Below are positions 19,350 to 29,373 of a DNA stretch of 37,658 bases, piece by piece. How positions within the stretch are numbered: position 1 is the first letter of the stretch; every line of letters starts with the position of its first letter. The stretch is from Candidatus Zixiibacteriota bacterium (lineage in GTDB: Bacteria; Zixibacteria; MSB-5A5; GN15; JAAZOE01), in contig JBDREQ010000033.1 in assembly GCA_043819555.1 (NCBI GenBank), positions 1 through 37,658 of the forward strand, given 5' to 3'. The position numbers and the translations under genes were made by a program. Below the pieces are notes generated by a model, which worked only from the letters and a program-made list of their open reading frames with translations, was not told the origin of the DNA and made no database searches.

Positions 19350-19955
19350 ATGCATGATAAGATGAGGCTGGCTGTTTTTGTTTCGGGAGGCGGATCGAAT
19401 TTGCAATCTCTAATGGATAATTGTTCGACGGGAGACATTGATGCCGAAGTTGTTCTGGTTCTATCCAATAAGAAAAAGGCTTATGGTCTGGTTCGTGCCT
19501 CGGAGGCGGGTATTGATACAATTGTTTATAGGCGCAAGGAGTTCGCCAATGGAAACGAAGCCAATGAGTTTCTACTGAATTTGCTGGATGAGTATCAAAT
19601 CGATATAATTGCTCTGGCGGGGTATCTGAAAATGATTGCTCCGCCAGTAATAGAAAAATACAGGGGCCGAATTGTAAATATTCATCCCGGACGGCTGCCC
19701 CAATATGGCGGGAAGGGAATGTACGGTTCCCGTGTTCATAAAGCCGTAATTGAAGCGGGCGAGAAGGAAACGGCGGTAACTATTCATTATGTTGATGAGA
19801 TATATGATCATGGCCAGGTAATTGCTGAACAGAAAGTTCCTGTTTTACCTGAAGATACTCCCGAAGCGCTGGCCGCCAGAGTGTTAAAGGTTGAGCATGA
19901 GCTTTATCCAAAAGTTATCAAATCGCTTGTTGAAAAATACAGGAAGGAATCTTAA
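19350..19955 (+). CDS. purN: Phosphoribosylglycinamide formyltransferase
   Basis: Motifs SGGGSNLQ, LAGYLK, NIHP and HYVDEIYDHG. Confidence 0.95.
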   Translation: MHDKMRLAVFVSGGGSNLQSLMDNCSTGDIDAEVVLVLSNKKKAYGLVRASEAGIDTIVYRRKEFANGNEANEFLLNLLDEYQIDIIALAGYLKMIAPPVIEKYRGRIVNIHPGRLPQYGGKGMYGSRVHKAVIEAGEKETAVTIHYVDEIYDHGQVIAEQKVPVLPEDTPEALAARVLKVEHELYPKVIKSLVEKYRKES

Positions 19956-19959
19956 GAAA

Positions 19960-20850
19960 ATGGACTCTGTAATAACAACTGATATTAAGGAATACCGATT
20001 GCTGTCACGCGGGAAAGTCCGCGATGTTTATGATCTCGATGATAAATTATTGATAATCGCCACTGACCGTATTTCGGCCTTTGATGTCGTTTTACCCAAT
20101 GGTATTCCCGGGAGAGGAAAAGTACTGACCGGGGTGTCAGTGTTTTGGTTCGATTATCTAAATGATATTATCGATAATCATCTTATTTCAGCCAAAGTGG
20201 AAGAATATCCTAAGAATTTGCATAGGTATAAAGATATCCTCGAGGGCCGTTCAATGCTTGTAAACAAGGCGAATCGTATCGACATTGAATGCATCGTTCG
20301 GGGATATATATCCGGTTCAATGTGGAAGGAATATAAAGAATCCGCCAAGACAGGGATGACGACTGTGCACGGCTTTGAATTTCCCACGAATATGAAAGAA
20401 TCGGATAAACTGGCCAAGGCGATATTTACTCCATCGACCAAGGCCGAATCCGGACATGATGAGAATATTTCTTTTGAGAAAATGATTGATATTGTCGGGA
20501 ATGAGACAGCCCAACTATGCCGGGACAAATCGATTGCGCTATATACCAAAGCGGCCGATTTTGCGCGGGGAAAAGGGATTATCATAGCTGACACCAAGTT
20601 CGAGTTTGGATATTTGGGCGACAAATTAATCATTATCGATGAAGTATTGACTCCGGATTCATCGAGATTCTGGCCGGCCGACGAATACGAACCGGGAAAA
20701 TCCCAGCCATCGTTTGACAAACAGATTATCCGGAATTATCTTGACGGGCTTGATTGGGATAAAACGGCGCCCGGTCCGAAATTACCTGATGAAATAGTCA
20801 ATCGGGCATTGGGTCGTTATACCGAGGTAGTTGATCGTTTAACTCGTTAG
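19960..20850 (+). CDS. purC: SAICAR synthetase
   Basis: Motifs GKVRDVY, TDRISAFD, ECIVRGY, DTKFEFG and DEVLTPDSSRFW. ATG 4 nt after the purN stop is preferred. Confidence 0.95.
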   Translation: MDSVITTDIKEYRLLSRGKVRDVYDLDDKLLIIATDRISAFDVVLPNGIPGRGKVLTGVSVFWFDYLNDIIDNHLISAKVEEYPKNLHRYKDILEGRSMLVNKANRIDIECIVRGYISGSMWKEYKESAKTGMTTVHGFEFPTNMKESDKLAKAIFTPSTKAESGHDENISFEKMIDIVGNETAQLCRDKSIALYTKAADFARGKGIIIADTKFEFGYLGDKLIIIDEVLTPDSSRFWPADEYEPGKSQPSFDKQIIRNYLDGLDWDKTAPGPKLPDEIVNRALGRYTEVVDRLTR

Positions 20851-20877
20851 GCACCGCAAAGACGGAGGTTAATTGGA

Positions 20878-22452
20878 ATGCAGGATTTGGTGAAAATAAG
20901 GAGAGCATTGATATCGGTATCTGATAAATCCGGTTTGGCTGAATTGGGCAAGGTTTTGGATGGGATAGGTGTAGAGATTATTTCTACCGGAGGGACTCTC
21001 GCTACTTTGAAAAAAGCCGGCGTTCACGTCATCTCGATAGCGACCTTTACGGGCGCGCCGGAAATTCTGGGCGGACGGGTCAAGACGCTGCACCCTAAAG
21101 TTCACGCCGGAATATTATTCAAACGGGATAGTGAAGATCATCAGAACGAGATGTTGCAACAGGAGTGCAAACCGATTGATCTTGTAGTCGTAAACTTATA
21201 CCCATTTGAGGAAACACTGGCCAATCCCAGATCGACCGATGGCGAAAAAATTGAGAATATTGATATTGGGGGGCCGACCATGATCAGGGCCGCGGCAAAG
21301 AACTTTGATTCAGTCGCGGTAGTTACAAATTCGGAGGATTATTCAGATTTAATTTCGGAACTTCAGGCTAATGACGGTTCGTTATCTTCTCAAACCCGCC
21401 GAAATCTCGCCAGCAAGGCGTTTGCTTTAACCTCCCGTTATGATACCGCAATATCGGGATATTTCTCGGGAGCCGGTAAAAAGAGCCAGCAGATTTCGAT
21501 TGACGATGATTTCAACCTTGAATTCACCAAAGTGCAGGATTTACGCTATGGCGAAAATCCCCATCAATCAGCGGGATTTTATCGTTTGAATGGTTTTAGA
21601 GGAGTGACGCTGGCCGATTCGGAGCAGCATTCCGGGAAGGAATTGTCGTACAATAATATTGCCGATATTGACGCAACCCTCGATATGATATTGGAATACA
21701 AGGACCCATTTGCAGTTGTAGTCAAGCATGCCAATCCCTGCGGAGCGGCATCGGCCGAGACTCTGGCCAAAGCATATCAAATGGCCTATGAAACCGACCC
21801 TTTATCCGCTTTTGGGTCAATTATTGGCCTAAATCGAGTTGTTGATATGGACACGGCTCAGTTGCTTCACAAAACACCGTTTGTCGAGTGTATATTGGCC
21901 CCCGGTTTTACCGATGAGGCATTGGACAAATTGCGGCGCAAAAAAGCGCGGCGGCTTTTGTCATTGCCGTCAATTCTGAACAATTTGCCAAATCCTGACA
22001 AACTATTCAAATATGTTCGGGGAGGTGTTTTGACACAGGGATATGATAATCTGGATGTCGATATGGATAAGATTGCTATCCCGACCAAGAGCAAGCCAAC
22101 CAATGATCAGATGGAATCGCTGATTTTCGGGTATAAGCTGGTCAAATACGTGAAATCAAACGCCGTTCTGATATGTAACGGCAAAGCCGCCGTAGGAATT
22201 GGAATGGGACAAACCTCTCGGGTGGATTCGTCCTTTCTGGCTGTGAAACGAGCCGGAGAGCGAGCCAAGGGCGGCACATGCGCTTCCGACGCCTTTTTCC
22301 CAATGCCGGATGGATTGGAAGTCGTTGCCGAAGCGGGCGTTTCGGCCGTAATTCAACCTGGCGGTTCAAAAGGCGACCCGGAGGTGATTGCCGCGGCCGA
22401 TAAATTCGGCATGGCCATGGTCTTTACGGGAATCAGGCATTTTCGGCACTAA
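20878..22452 (+). CDS. purH: Bifunctional AICAR transformylase/IMP cyclohydrolase
   Basis: Motifs [45 protein letters not shown] and RHFRH. Confidence 0.97.
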   Translation: MQDLVKIRRALISVSDKSGLAELGKVLDGIGVEIISTGGTLATLKKAGVHVISIATFTGAPEILGGRVKTLHPKVHAGILFKRDSEDHQNEMLQQECKPIDLVVVNLYPFEETLANPRSTDGEKIENIDIGGPTMIRAAAKNFDSVAVVTNSEDYSDLISELQANDGSLSSQTRRNLASKAFALTSRYDTAISGYFSGAGKKSQQISIDDDFNLEFTKVQDLRYGENPHQSAGFYRLNGFRGVTLADSEQHSGKELSYNNIADIDATLDMILEYKDPFAVVVKHANPCGAASAETLAKAYQMAYETDPLSAFGSIIGLNRVVDMDTAQLLHKTPFVECILAPGFTDEALDKLRRKKARRLLSLPSILNNLPNPDKLFKYVRGGVLTQGYDNLDVDMDKIAIPTKSKPTNDQMESLIFGYKLVKYVKSNAVLICNGKAAVGIGMGQTSRVDSSFLAVKRAGERAKGGTCASDAFFPMPDGLEVVAEAGVSAVIQPGGSKGDPEVIAAADKFGMAMVFTGIRHFRH

Positions 22453-22470
22453 AAAAAGAAACAAATCCTC

Positions 22471-22499
22471 TTGCAAAACTGTTTGGTAAGATGTAAATT
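22471..22499 (+). promoter_or_regulatory. sigma70-type promoter upstream of the DUF494-coaBC operon
   Basis: TTGCAA-N17-TAAATT. Confidence 0.45.
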
Positions 22500-22519
22500 T
22501 CTTAGTGACAACTTGAGAG

Positions 22520-22999
22520 GTGAGCGTGCAAGAAAAGATACTGGAAATCGTTGTTTACCTGATGAATCAACTTTCTGATCACCAGGGGATAATTAATAAT
22601 ATAGATGAGATGTCGGCCGATTTGCGTTCTATGGGGTTTACTGATAAGGAAATATCATCGGCTTATAGCTGGCTACTGAAGCATTTTGAGGATTATCCGA
22701 AAAGTTTTTCAATGCCGCATACCAAGATGGATGTCGCTTCTGTTCGAATTCTATCCAATGCCGAGCGGAATATTATTTTGCCCGAGGCATACGGCTATCT
22801 ATTGCAGCTTCGCCAGCTTCGACTTTTATCTGCGGAACAGCTCGAATTAATTCTGGACCGTTGTGCGCTGTTTTCATCCGATCCGATATGCATCGAGGAC
22901 ATCAAGCTGTTTGCGTCGGCGGCCATGTTTGAAACCGGTTCGTCGGAAATGCCTTTCGCCATCTGGGTTGGTGATCCCGAAAGCGAACCGATCAATTAG
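22520..22999 (+). CDS. Smg/DUF494 family protein
   Basis: Pattern 'ILEIVVYL...GFTDKEISSAYSWL...RILSNAER...EAYGYLLQL...ELILDR'. GTG start. Confidence 0.8.
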   Translation: MSVQEKILEIVVYLMNQLSDHQGIINNIDEMSADLRSMGFTDKEISSAYSWLLKHFEDYPKSFSMPHTKMDVASVRILSNAERNIILPEAYGYLLQLRQLRLLSAEQLELILDRCALFSSDPICIEDIKLFASAAMFETGSSEMPFAIWVGDPESEPIN

Positions 23000-23013
23000 T
23001 CTGGTCGGTTTCG

Positions 23014-24210
23014 ATGGAATTAATCAATAGAAAAATAGTTCTTGGTGTCACGGGCGGTATCGCCGCTTATAAATCAGCGTATCTCACGCGTCTGCTTATT
23101 AAGGCCGGATGCGAAGTCCAAACGATAATGACCGAAGCCGGAACCAAGTTTGTAACGCCTTTGACGTTCGAATCGCTCACCGGACGTCCGGTATCGGTCC
23201 AGATGTTTCCCGAAGATCGTTTTGCCGGTACGCATCATATAACTTTGGCTGACTGGCCGGATATGATTGTCGTCGCTCCCGCCACGGCTGATTTTATCGC
23301 GCAGATAACTCATGGCTTTTGTTCGAGTTTGCTTTCGGCCGTTTGCTGTGCTACCAGACGCCCGATACTTCTGGCTCCGGCCATGAATGAAGGGATGTAC
23401 TCCAGTCATGCAGTTCAGAAAAATCTGGGAGAACTACATCGTCGTGGTCTCCAGATTATGGATGTTGGAATTGGTGAGATGGCCTGCCAGACATATGGTC
23501 CCGGTCGGATGGCTGAACCGATAGAGATTTTTGAACGCATTTTACAAATTTTAAAAAGAACCGGACCGCTGGCCGGTAAAAATGTGGTGGTTACGGCCGG
23601 GCCATGCCGTGAGGCGATTGATCCGGTGCGGTTTATCTCCAATCGGTCGTCGGGAAAGATGGGGTATGCGATTGCTTCCGAAGCTGTTAAATTGGGCGGC
23701 AATGTCAAATTAATATCTGGACCGGTGGCAATGGATATTCCGGATGGCGTTAGTAAAATATCAGTCGAAACGACTGAAGAAATGGCTACGGCCGTAAATG
23801 ATAGTTTTGAGGATGCGGATTATCTTATTATGGCGGCGGCGCCGGCCGATTACAAACCGGCAATTAGACTTGATCAAAAAATAAAAAAATGCGATGAAGG
23901 AATGATGGTTGAATTCTTGCCTACAATTGATATATTGAAGTCACTTATTTCAAAACGCCGGGATAATCAGATTGTCGTTGGGTTCGCCCTTGAGACTGAA
24001 AACGAGATGGACAACGCACAAAAGAAATTGAAAGAAAAAAACCTTGATTTTATCGTTGTCAATAACGCGATCGAAGAAGGAGCCGGGTTCGATAGCGACA
24101 CTAATCGCGTTACCGTGATTTCTCAATCAGGGCAAACCCGTGAACTTCAAATTGCTGATAAAAATATTATAGCGCGCAATTTATGGGAAATAATCCTGCC
24201 GCATGAATGA
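23014..24210 (+). CDS. coaBC: Bifunctional phosphopantothenoylcysteine decarboxylase/synthetase
   Basis: Motifs GVTGGIAAYK, APATAD, APAMN, TAGPCREAIDPVRFISNRSSGKMG and GFALET. Confidence 0.96.
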   Translation: MELINRKIVLGVTGGIAAYKSAYLTRLLIKAGCEVQTIMTEAGTKFVTPLTFESLTGRPVSVQMFPEDRFAGTHHITLADWPDMIVVAPATADFIAQITHGFCSSLLSAVCCATRRPILLAPAMNEGMYSSHAVQKNLGELHRRGLQIMDVGIGEMACQTYGPGRMAEPIEIFERILQILKRTGPLAGKNVVVTAGPCREAIDPVRFISNRSSGKMGYAIASEAVKLGGNVKLISGPVAMDIPDGVSKISVETTEEMATAVNDSFEDADYLIMAAAPADYKPAIRLDQKIKKCDEGMMVEFLPTIDILKSLISKRRDNQIVVGFALETENEMDNAQKKLKEKNLDFIVVNNAIEEGAGFDSDTNRVTVISQSGQTRELQIADKNIIARNLWEIILPHE

Positions 24211-25069
24211 TGAATTAAAAGAACTCTATGAACTGGCGTCACGGGCAATATCGTGTCAGGCTGAATTTGGCCATCAAGAATTAATCATCGAAAAATCAGC
24301 GCTCATGCAATTGAATAAAATCGAAAATATCCAACCGGGGGAGACAATGGCTAAGGCCTCACCTTCAATTCCGCAAATTGATTCGAAAGAAAATTCACAT
24401 GAAAATGAAGCCGAATCCAAACCGATTCCCGATTATGGCAAGATACCGCCTCTTGAAACTGCTACCGAATTGCTGCCCCAGTCTGAAAATGTCACCTCGC
24501 CGGAATATCCGGATTTGATATCGCATCACGAAGCGATATGTGAGTGCGTCAAATGCCCTCTTGGGAAAACCCGTACCAAATTCGTCTATGGGATCGGGAA
24601 TCCTAAGGCAAAAATGATGTTCATTGGCGAAGCGCCGGGGCGGGATGAAGATTTGCAGGGCGAGCCGTTTGTCGGCCGGGCCGGAAAACTGCTCGATAAA
24701 ATACTGGCGGCTATTGGATTTGCCCGCGAGGATGTTTATATTGCCAATATACTGAAATGCCGTCCGCCCAATAATCGTGATCCGCAACCGGATGAAATGG
24801 ATTTGTGTATGCCGTATCTGAAAGAACAGATTCGACTGATCAAGCCTCAGTTTATTTGCGCATTGGGGCGCATAGCTGTACAGGGACTTTTGGATACGAA
24901 GGCTCCCCTTGGGAGCCTGAGGCGAAAGTGGCATCGATTTGAAGGAATTCCTTTTCTGGCGACATATCATCCGGCGGCGCTTTTGAGATTTGCCAAATAT
25001 AAACGGGACACCTGGGAAGATATGCAAGTTTTGTTGAAGGAATACGAACGGATAAATAATGGCGACTAA
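24203..25069 (+). CDS. Uracil-DNA glycosylase family 4 (4Fe-4S) with N-terminal extension
   Basis: Motifs Cxx[21 protein letters not shown] and TYHPAALLR. Confidence 0.92.
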   Translation: MNDELKELYELASRAISCQAEFGHQELIIEKSALMQLNKIENIQPGETMAKASPSIPQIDSKENSHENEAESKPIPDYGKIPPLETATELLPQSENVTSPEYPDLISHHEAICECVKCPLGKTRTKFVYGIGNPKAKMMFIGEAPGRDEDLQGEPFVGRAGKLLDKILAAIGFAREDVYIANILKCRPPNNRDPQPDEMDLCMPYLKEQIRLIKPQFICALGRIAVQGLLDTKAPLGSLRRKWHRFEGIPFLATYHPAALLRFAKYKRDTWEDMQVLLKEYERINNGD

Positions 25070-26474
25070 TATAAGTAGAATTGGTAAGGTTTTACCGCAT
25101 TCCGATGATGCCGAACAGGCCGTTCTGGGATCGATGCTGACCAGCGAAAGCGCGATCGGCGAGGCAATTGAGGTGCTGCAGTCCAGCAGAAGATTTTATT
25201 CTCCGAGACACCGAAAAATATTTGATGCGATACTCTTTCTATTTGAAGGGTCACAGCCAGCCGATATTGTAACAGTTTCCAATTATCTTGAGAAAAATGG
25301 AACGCTCGAAGATTGCGGCGGACGTAAATACCTGACCGAACTGGCCAGCGGCGTGGCAACCTCGGCCAATGTCGTTTATTATGCGGAAAGTATCCTCGAA
25401 TACGCGACACTCAGGGATATGATTAGTTCTTCCACTGAAATTGTAGATCTTTGTTTCAGGCAGGAAAAAAATGCGGATGAACTTCTCGACGAGGCCGAGC
25501 AGAAAATATTCGATATTTCGCAGGGGCGGCTCCGTACTGATTTTGCAAAAGTAAAAGATTTAATTCCCCAGACTTTTGAGGCTATCGAAAGTTATAGTGA
25601 AACTCTGGGAGGATTGCAGGGAGCACCGACCGGATTTATCGAACTGGATAATATGACGGCCGGTTTACATGAAGGCGAGTTAATTGTTGTTGCCGGACGT
25701 CCATCGATGGGTAAGTCGGCGTTGACGCTCAATTTTGTAGAAAATTATTGCCTGACAACTAAAAAAGCTGCCGCATTTTTCTCATTGGAAATGTCCAAAG
25801 AACAACTTGCCCTTCGTCTTCTGTGTGGCCGGGCAAAAATTTCATCGCATAAACTTCGCACAGGAAGAATGTCTGACAGCGACTGGCCCAAATTGACTAC
25901 CGCAGCCGGGCCTTTGGCGAAAACGGATTTCTATATTGATGATACACCGGCGATGACAGTTCTGCAAATGCGGGCCAAAGCGCGGAGATTAGCATCCAAA
26001 ACTGACCTGGGATTGATTGTTGTCGATTATTTGCAATTGATGAGCGGAAGCCATTCTTCAGAGAATAGACAACAGGAAATTTCAATGATAACGAGAAGTT
26101 TGAAGAGTCTGGCTCGTGAACTCAATGTCCCGGTTATTGCCGTTAGTCAGTTGTCTCGAATGGTTGAACAGCGCCCCAACAAGCGTCCGCAGTTATCGGA
26201 TTTGCGCGAATCGGGAGCCATTGAACAGGACGCCGATTTGGTAATATTTGTTTATCGCGAGGAATATTACCTGGACAAGGATTTGGACGAAAATGATCCT
26301 AAACGAATGGAATTCGAAAATAAGGCCGAGTTGATCGTCGCCAAGCAGCGTAATGGTCCGACCGGGAAAGTTAATGTTTCCTTCCTTAAAGATTTCGCAC
26401 GCTTCGAAAACCTCGCCACCGGCTACCGTCAAGCTCCCATGCCTCCGGTCGAAACGGGTGACACTCCTTTTTAG
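25059..26474 (+). CDS. dnaB: Replicative DNA helicase
   Basis: Motifs AEQAVLG, GRPSMGKS, FSLEM, VDYLQL, SQLSR, SDLRESGAIEQDAD and KQRNGP. Confidence 0.97.
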   Translation: MATNISRIGKVLPHSDDAEQAVLGSMLTSESAIGEAIEVLQSSRRFYSPRHRKIFDAILFLFEGSQPADIVTVSNYLEKNGTLEDCGGRKYLTELASGVATSANVVYYAESILEYATLRDMISSSTEIVDLCFRQEKNADELLDEAEQKIFDISQGRLRTDFAKVKDLIPQTFEAIESYSETLGGLQGAPTGFIELDNMTAGLHEGELIVVAGRPSMGKSALTLNFVENYCLTTKKAAAFFSLEMSKEQLALRLLCGRAKISSHKLRTGRMSDSDWPKLTTAAGPLAKTDFYIDDTPAMTVLQMRAKARRLASKTDLGLIVVDYLQLMSGSHSSENRQQEISMITRSLKSLARELNVPVIAVSQLSRMVEQRPNKRPQLSDLRESGAIEQDADLVIFVYREEYYLDKDLDENDPKRMEFENKAELIVAKQRNGPTGKVNVSFLKDFARFENLATGYRQAPMPPVETGDTPF

Positions 26475-26479
26475 GTTTT

Positions 26480-27256
26480 ATGGAAGAAACTCAGCAAATA
26501 ATTGATATCCGACCGTCCACGCTTGTCAAAGGCATTGGGCGGTTATTTATATTGCTCAGCCGGACGATTGCGTCTATCAGGTTTTTGTTTTCATCGGTCG
26601 GTTTAATCCTCAATCAAATGTATTATATAGGTGTCAAATCAATTTGGCTGATAATGATTACTTCGGTTTTTACGGGGGCCGTATCGGCCTGGCAAGCCGC
26701 ATATCAGTTTAAAAATTATGTTCCGATGCGTTATCTCGGCGGCGCCGTCGGCAAAGCAGTACTGATTGAGCTGGCGCCTGTTTTGACTGCTTTAGTGATA
26801 GCGGGACGGGTTGGGGCGGGGATAGCCGCTGAGCTTGGCTCGATGAAAGTTACCGAACAGATTGACGCTATGGAATCGATGGCGGTCGATCCGGTGCGTT
26901 ATCTGGTCATGCCTCGTTTTCTGGCCGGTTTGATTATGCTTCCGGTTCTGACAATTTTGGCCGATTTTATCGCTATGCTGGGGGCTATGATCGTGGCCGT
27001 CAACCTGGTCGGGATGGAGACAGAAACCTTCATGAACGGTTTCAAGCAATTATTTATCCTGAGTGATTTTACTTCCGGCCTGATTAAAGCGGCCGGATTT
27101 GGGGCCATTATTTCCATCATGGGCTGTTATCATGGATTTCATACGACCGGAGGGGCGCAGGGAGTCGGGATTTCAACAACGCAGGCAGTAGTATCGGCGG
27201 CGGTTTTGGTTTTGGTGGCCGACTATTTGATGGCAACGATTTTGTTTCAAATATGA
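26480..27256 (+). CDS. mlaE: MlaE-family ABC permease
   Basis: Motifs ELAPVLTALVIAGRVGAGIAAELGSMKVTEQIDA and GGAQGVG. Confidence 0.92.
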   Translation: MEETQQIIDIRPSTLVKGIGRLFILLSRTIASIRFLFSSVGLILNQMYYIGVKSIWLIMITSVFTGAVSAWQAAYQFKNYVPMRYLGGAVGKAVLIELAPVLTALVIAGRVGAGIAAELGSMKVTEQIDAMESMAVDPVRYLVMPRFLAGLIMLPVLTILADFIAMLGAMIVAVNLVGMETETFMNGFKQLFILSDFTSGLIKAAGFGAIISIMGCYHGFHTTGGAQGVGISTTQAVVSAAVLVLVADYLMATILFQI

Positions 27257-27999
27257 TTCAGATTGAGAAATTACATAAGAGTTTTGGCGACCTGCGGGTC
27301 TTATCCGGGATTGATTTGCGTGTCAATCAAGGTGAATCGGTTGTCGTAATCGGCCAATCGGGATGCGGAAAGTCTGTTCTTCTCAAACATATCGTCGCAT
27401 TACTGCGACCCGATAGCGGAAATGTGATTGTCGAGGGGCAACAGGTGTTCGATCTTACCCAAAAACAATTAATGAAATACCGCCGGAGGGTCGGGGTACT
27501 TTTTCAATTTGGAGCTTTGTTTGATTCGATGACGGTCGGCGAAAATGTTGGGTTCAGTTTGCGGGAAAGCGCAAAGATGAAATGGGTCGATATCTGGCCG
27601 ATTGTCGCCGAGAAACTCAAACTGGTCGGGCTTTCCGGTATCGAAGAGAAAATGCCGTCGGAGATTTCGGGCGGGATGAAAAAGCGGGTTGCGCTGGCTC
27701 GCGCTATCGCGACCGAGCCGGATATACTCTTGTATGACGAACCGACGACCGGGCTCGATCCGATCACGGCTGATATGATTAACGAACTGATTGTTGATGT
27801 GAATAAACAACTTGGAGTGACGTCTATTGCTGTGACGCACGATATGGCATCGGCATATAAGATCGCGCATAGAATTATTATGCTCCACGATGGCAAAATT
27901 GTCTGGGATGGAACGCCGGATGAAATCAAGCAGACTGATAATGCGACCGTTCAGCAATTTATATCCGGCTCGTCAATTGGTCCGATACAGGTGCAGTAG
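27253..27999 (+). CDS. mlaF: MlaF-family ABC ATPase
   Basis: Motifs GQSGCGKS, FQFGALFDSMTV, SGGMKKRVALARA and YDEPTTGLDP. ATGA overlap with mlaE. Confidence 0.92.
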   Translation: MIQIEKLHKSFGDLRVLSGIDLRVNQGESVVVIGQSGCGKSVLLKHIVALLRPDSGNVIVEGQQVFDLTQKQLMKYRRRVGVLFQFGALFDSMTVGENVGFSLRESAKMKWVDIWPIVAEKLKLVGLSGIEEKMPSEISGGMKKRVALARAIATEPDILLYDEPTTGLDPITADMINELIVDVNKQLGVTSIAVTHDMASAYKIAHRIIMLHDGKIVWDGTPDEIKQTDNATVQQFISGSSIGPIQVQ

Positions 28000-28199
28000 A
28001 AAGATAAGGAACCATGTCGCGATTTAGCCTATTATAAGTAGGATTTAATAGAAAAGAGTTGGTATTATGGAGGGAATTATATTTGCGATCATTGGCTGGA
28101 TTCTTAAAAGATATTAACCATTTATTGAATGAATTAAAGTAAAACCAGTGGATTCCCGCATGGAGAGTTGTTATTGAATAAGAAAGCATGTGGAATTGG

Positions 28200-28225
28200 G
28201 GCAGACGGGGACGTCTGCCGCTCAC
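28200..28225. repeat. REP-like palindrome
   Basis: ggcagacg-ggga-cgtctgcc is a perfect 8-bp stem followed by gctcac. Confidence 0.65.
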
Positions 28226-28250
28226 TGAAAAGATTATACTACGGAGGAAT

Positions 28251-28850
28251 ATGCGAAAAGATATTTTTGAAAGCCTCAAGGATAATGATGACGAAATTCT
28301 TATGAAGATGTTTGGTGAAAACCGGACAGACTTTACATCTGAAGCAAAAAGTGTGGCGATGGAAATATTAATCAGTAGAGGGTATTCCCAAAGTGATATT
28401 GAAGGTCAAAGAATTGTTAAATCTCAACTTTCAGATGCTAGTGAGAGTCAGGCAATATATTATGGTGAAGCGAAAGAAAAGCTAAGAGGAATTAAGGGAT
28501 GGTTGAAGTTATTATTATTAAATATTAGTTTTATATTATTTATGCATATTGCATTATTAATGGAATTCATGCATCAAAGAGCGTGGGAAATGGTAGTGCT
28601 TTATTCCATTTTAACAATATTCAGTTTGATTGTATTGGTTGCGGGCATTCTTACGGATAAGAATTTTCCTCGATTCGCAGTAGCGCTGTATATTATTGTA
28701 TCACTTGAAGCGGTGCTGGCTATGTTATTTTCTAAACCGGTCGAATATATGTTCTTATGGATAATAGTGGAATCAATTCCGTGGGTGGTTTATGTCATGG
28801 TTTCGCAAAGAGTAAAATTGACTTACGTTGAAAAAAAAATAAAGAATTGA
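28251..28850 (+). CDS. Membrane protein, DUF2569-like C-terminal part
   Basis: About 4 TM segments bracketed by 'GIKGWL' and 'YVMVSQRVKLTY'. GGAGG RBS before the ATG at 28251. AT-rich. Confidence 0.6.
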   Translation: MRKDIFESLKDNDDEILMKMFGENRTDFTSEAKSVAMEILISRGYSQSDIEGQRIVKSQLSDASESQAIYYGEAKEKLRGIKGWLKLLLLNISFILFMHIALLMEFMHQRAWEMVVLYSILTIFSLIVLVAGILTDKNFPRFAVALYIIVSLEAVLAMLFSKPVEYMFLWIIVESIPWVVYVMVSQRVKLTYVEKKIKN

Positions 28851-28905
28851 ACGGTGGCCAACTGCCTTCTGTATGGAATGGAAAAAATATATTTGTCGAC
28901 TGGTA

Positions 28906-29346
28906 GTAAGGGCAGGATCCCTGTGATCCCGCCAATATATTTTCTTGTATCGCGCTTTGCGCGATTGGCAGGAGCCTGAGGGCTCCTTCCCTACGGATTT
29001 TAAATGTCGAAACCGCAAGGGTTTCGACCTACGAGGACAAAAGAAATTTGTTTTGGGGCAGATGAGGATAGTTGCCTGCTAATTGAGGAGTTAATCGTTG
29101 TCATTCCCGCGAAAGCGGGAATCCAGACAGCGTTTTTAAATATTGTTAGATGGACAGTATGCTTCAATCGCAGTATGGATTCCCGACTCGTCCTCGATTC
29201 GCGGGACTCTCGGGAATGACAGGCAAAGACCTGTTTATTGGCAGGAGCCTGAGGGTTCCTTCCCTACGGATTTAATAAGGGCAGATCGCCACGTCGGCCT
29301 GCGGCCTCCTCGCGATGACAAGACACTTGTCGGAACACCGACCTAC
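28906..29346. repeat. Cluster of REP-like palindromes from several families
   Basis: Inverted GTAG-type pair 28906-28994; gtcgaaacc-gcaag-ggtttcgac-ctac 29006-29032; doublet 29100-29220; a 36-bp near-duplicate at ~29238-29273; gatcgccacgtc...ctcgcgatgac ~29284-29318; gtcggaacaccgacctac ~29329-29346. Confidence 0.8.
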
Positions 29347-29373
29347 AGGGACATAAATAGAAAGACGACATAA

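Noticed and set aside
24395..25027. Long antisense ORFs (e.g. 210 aa opposite UDG, 180 aa opposite purC)
   Set aside because: They lie wholly opposite conserved genes and show no recognisable motifs; shadow ORFs.
25059..26474. Intein in DnaB
   Set aside because: 471 aa is a normal length and the motifs are contiguous.
28067..28117. Small hydrophobic ORF MEGIIFAIIGWILKRY
   Set aside because: Only 16 codons with a weak RBS; cannot be distinguished from chance or a gene remnant.
28906..29346. CRISPR array or integron attC array
   Set aside because: The repeats are heterogeneous, inverted and irregularly spaced; no cas or integrase gene is present.
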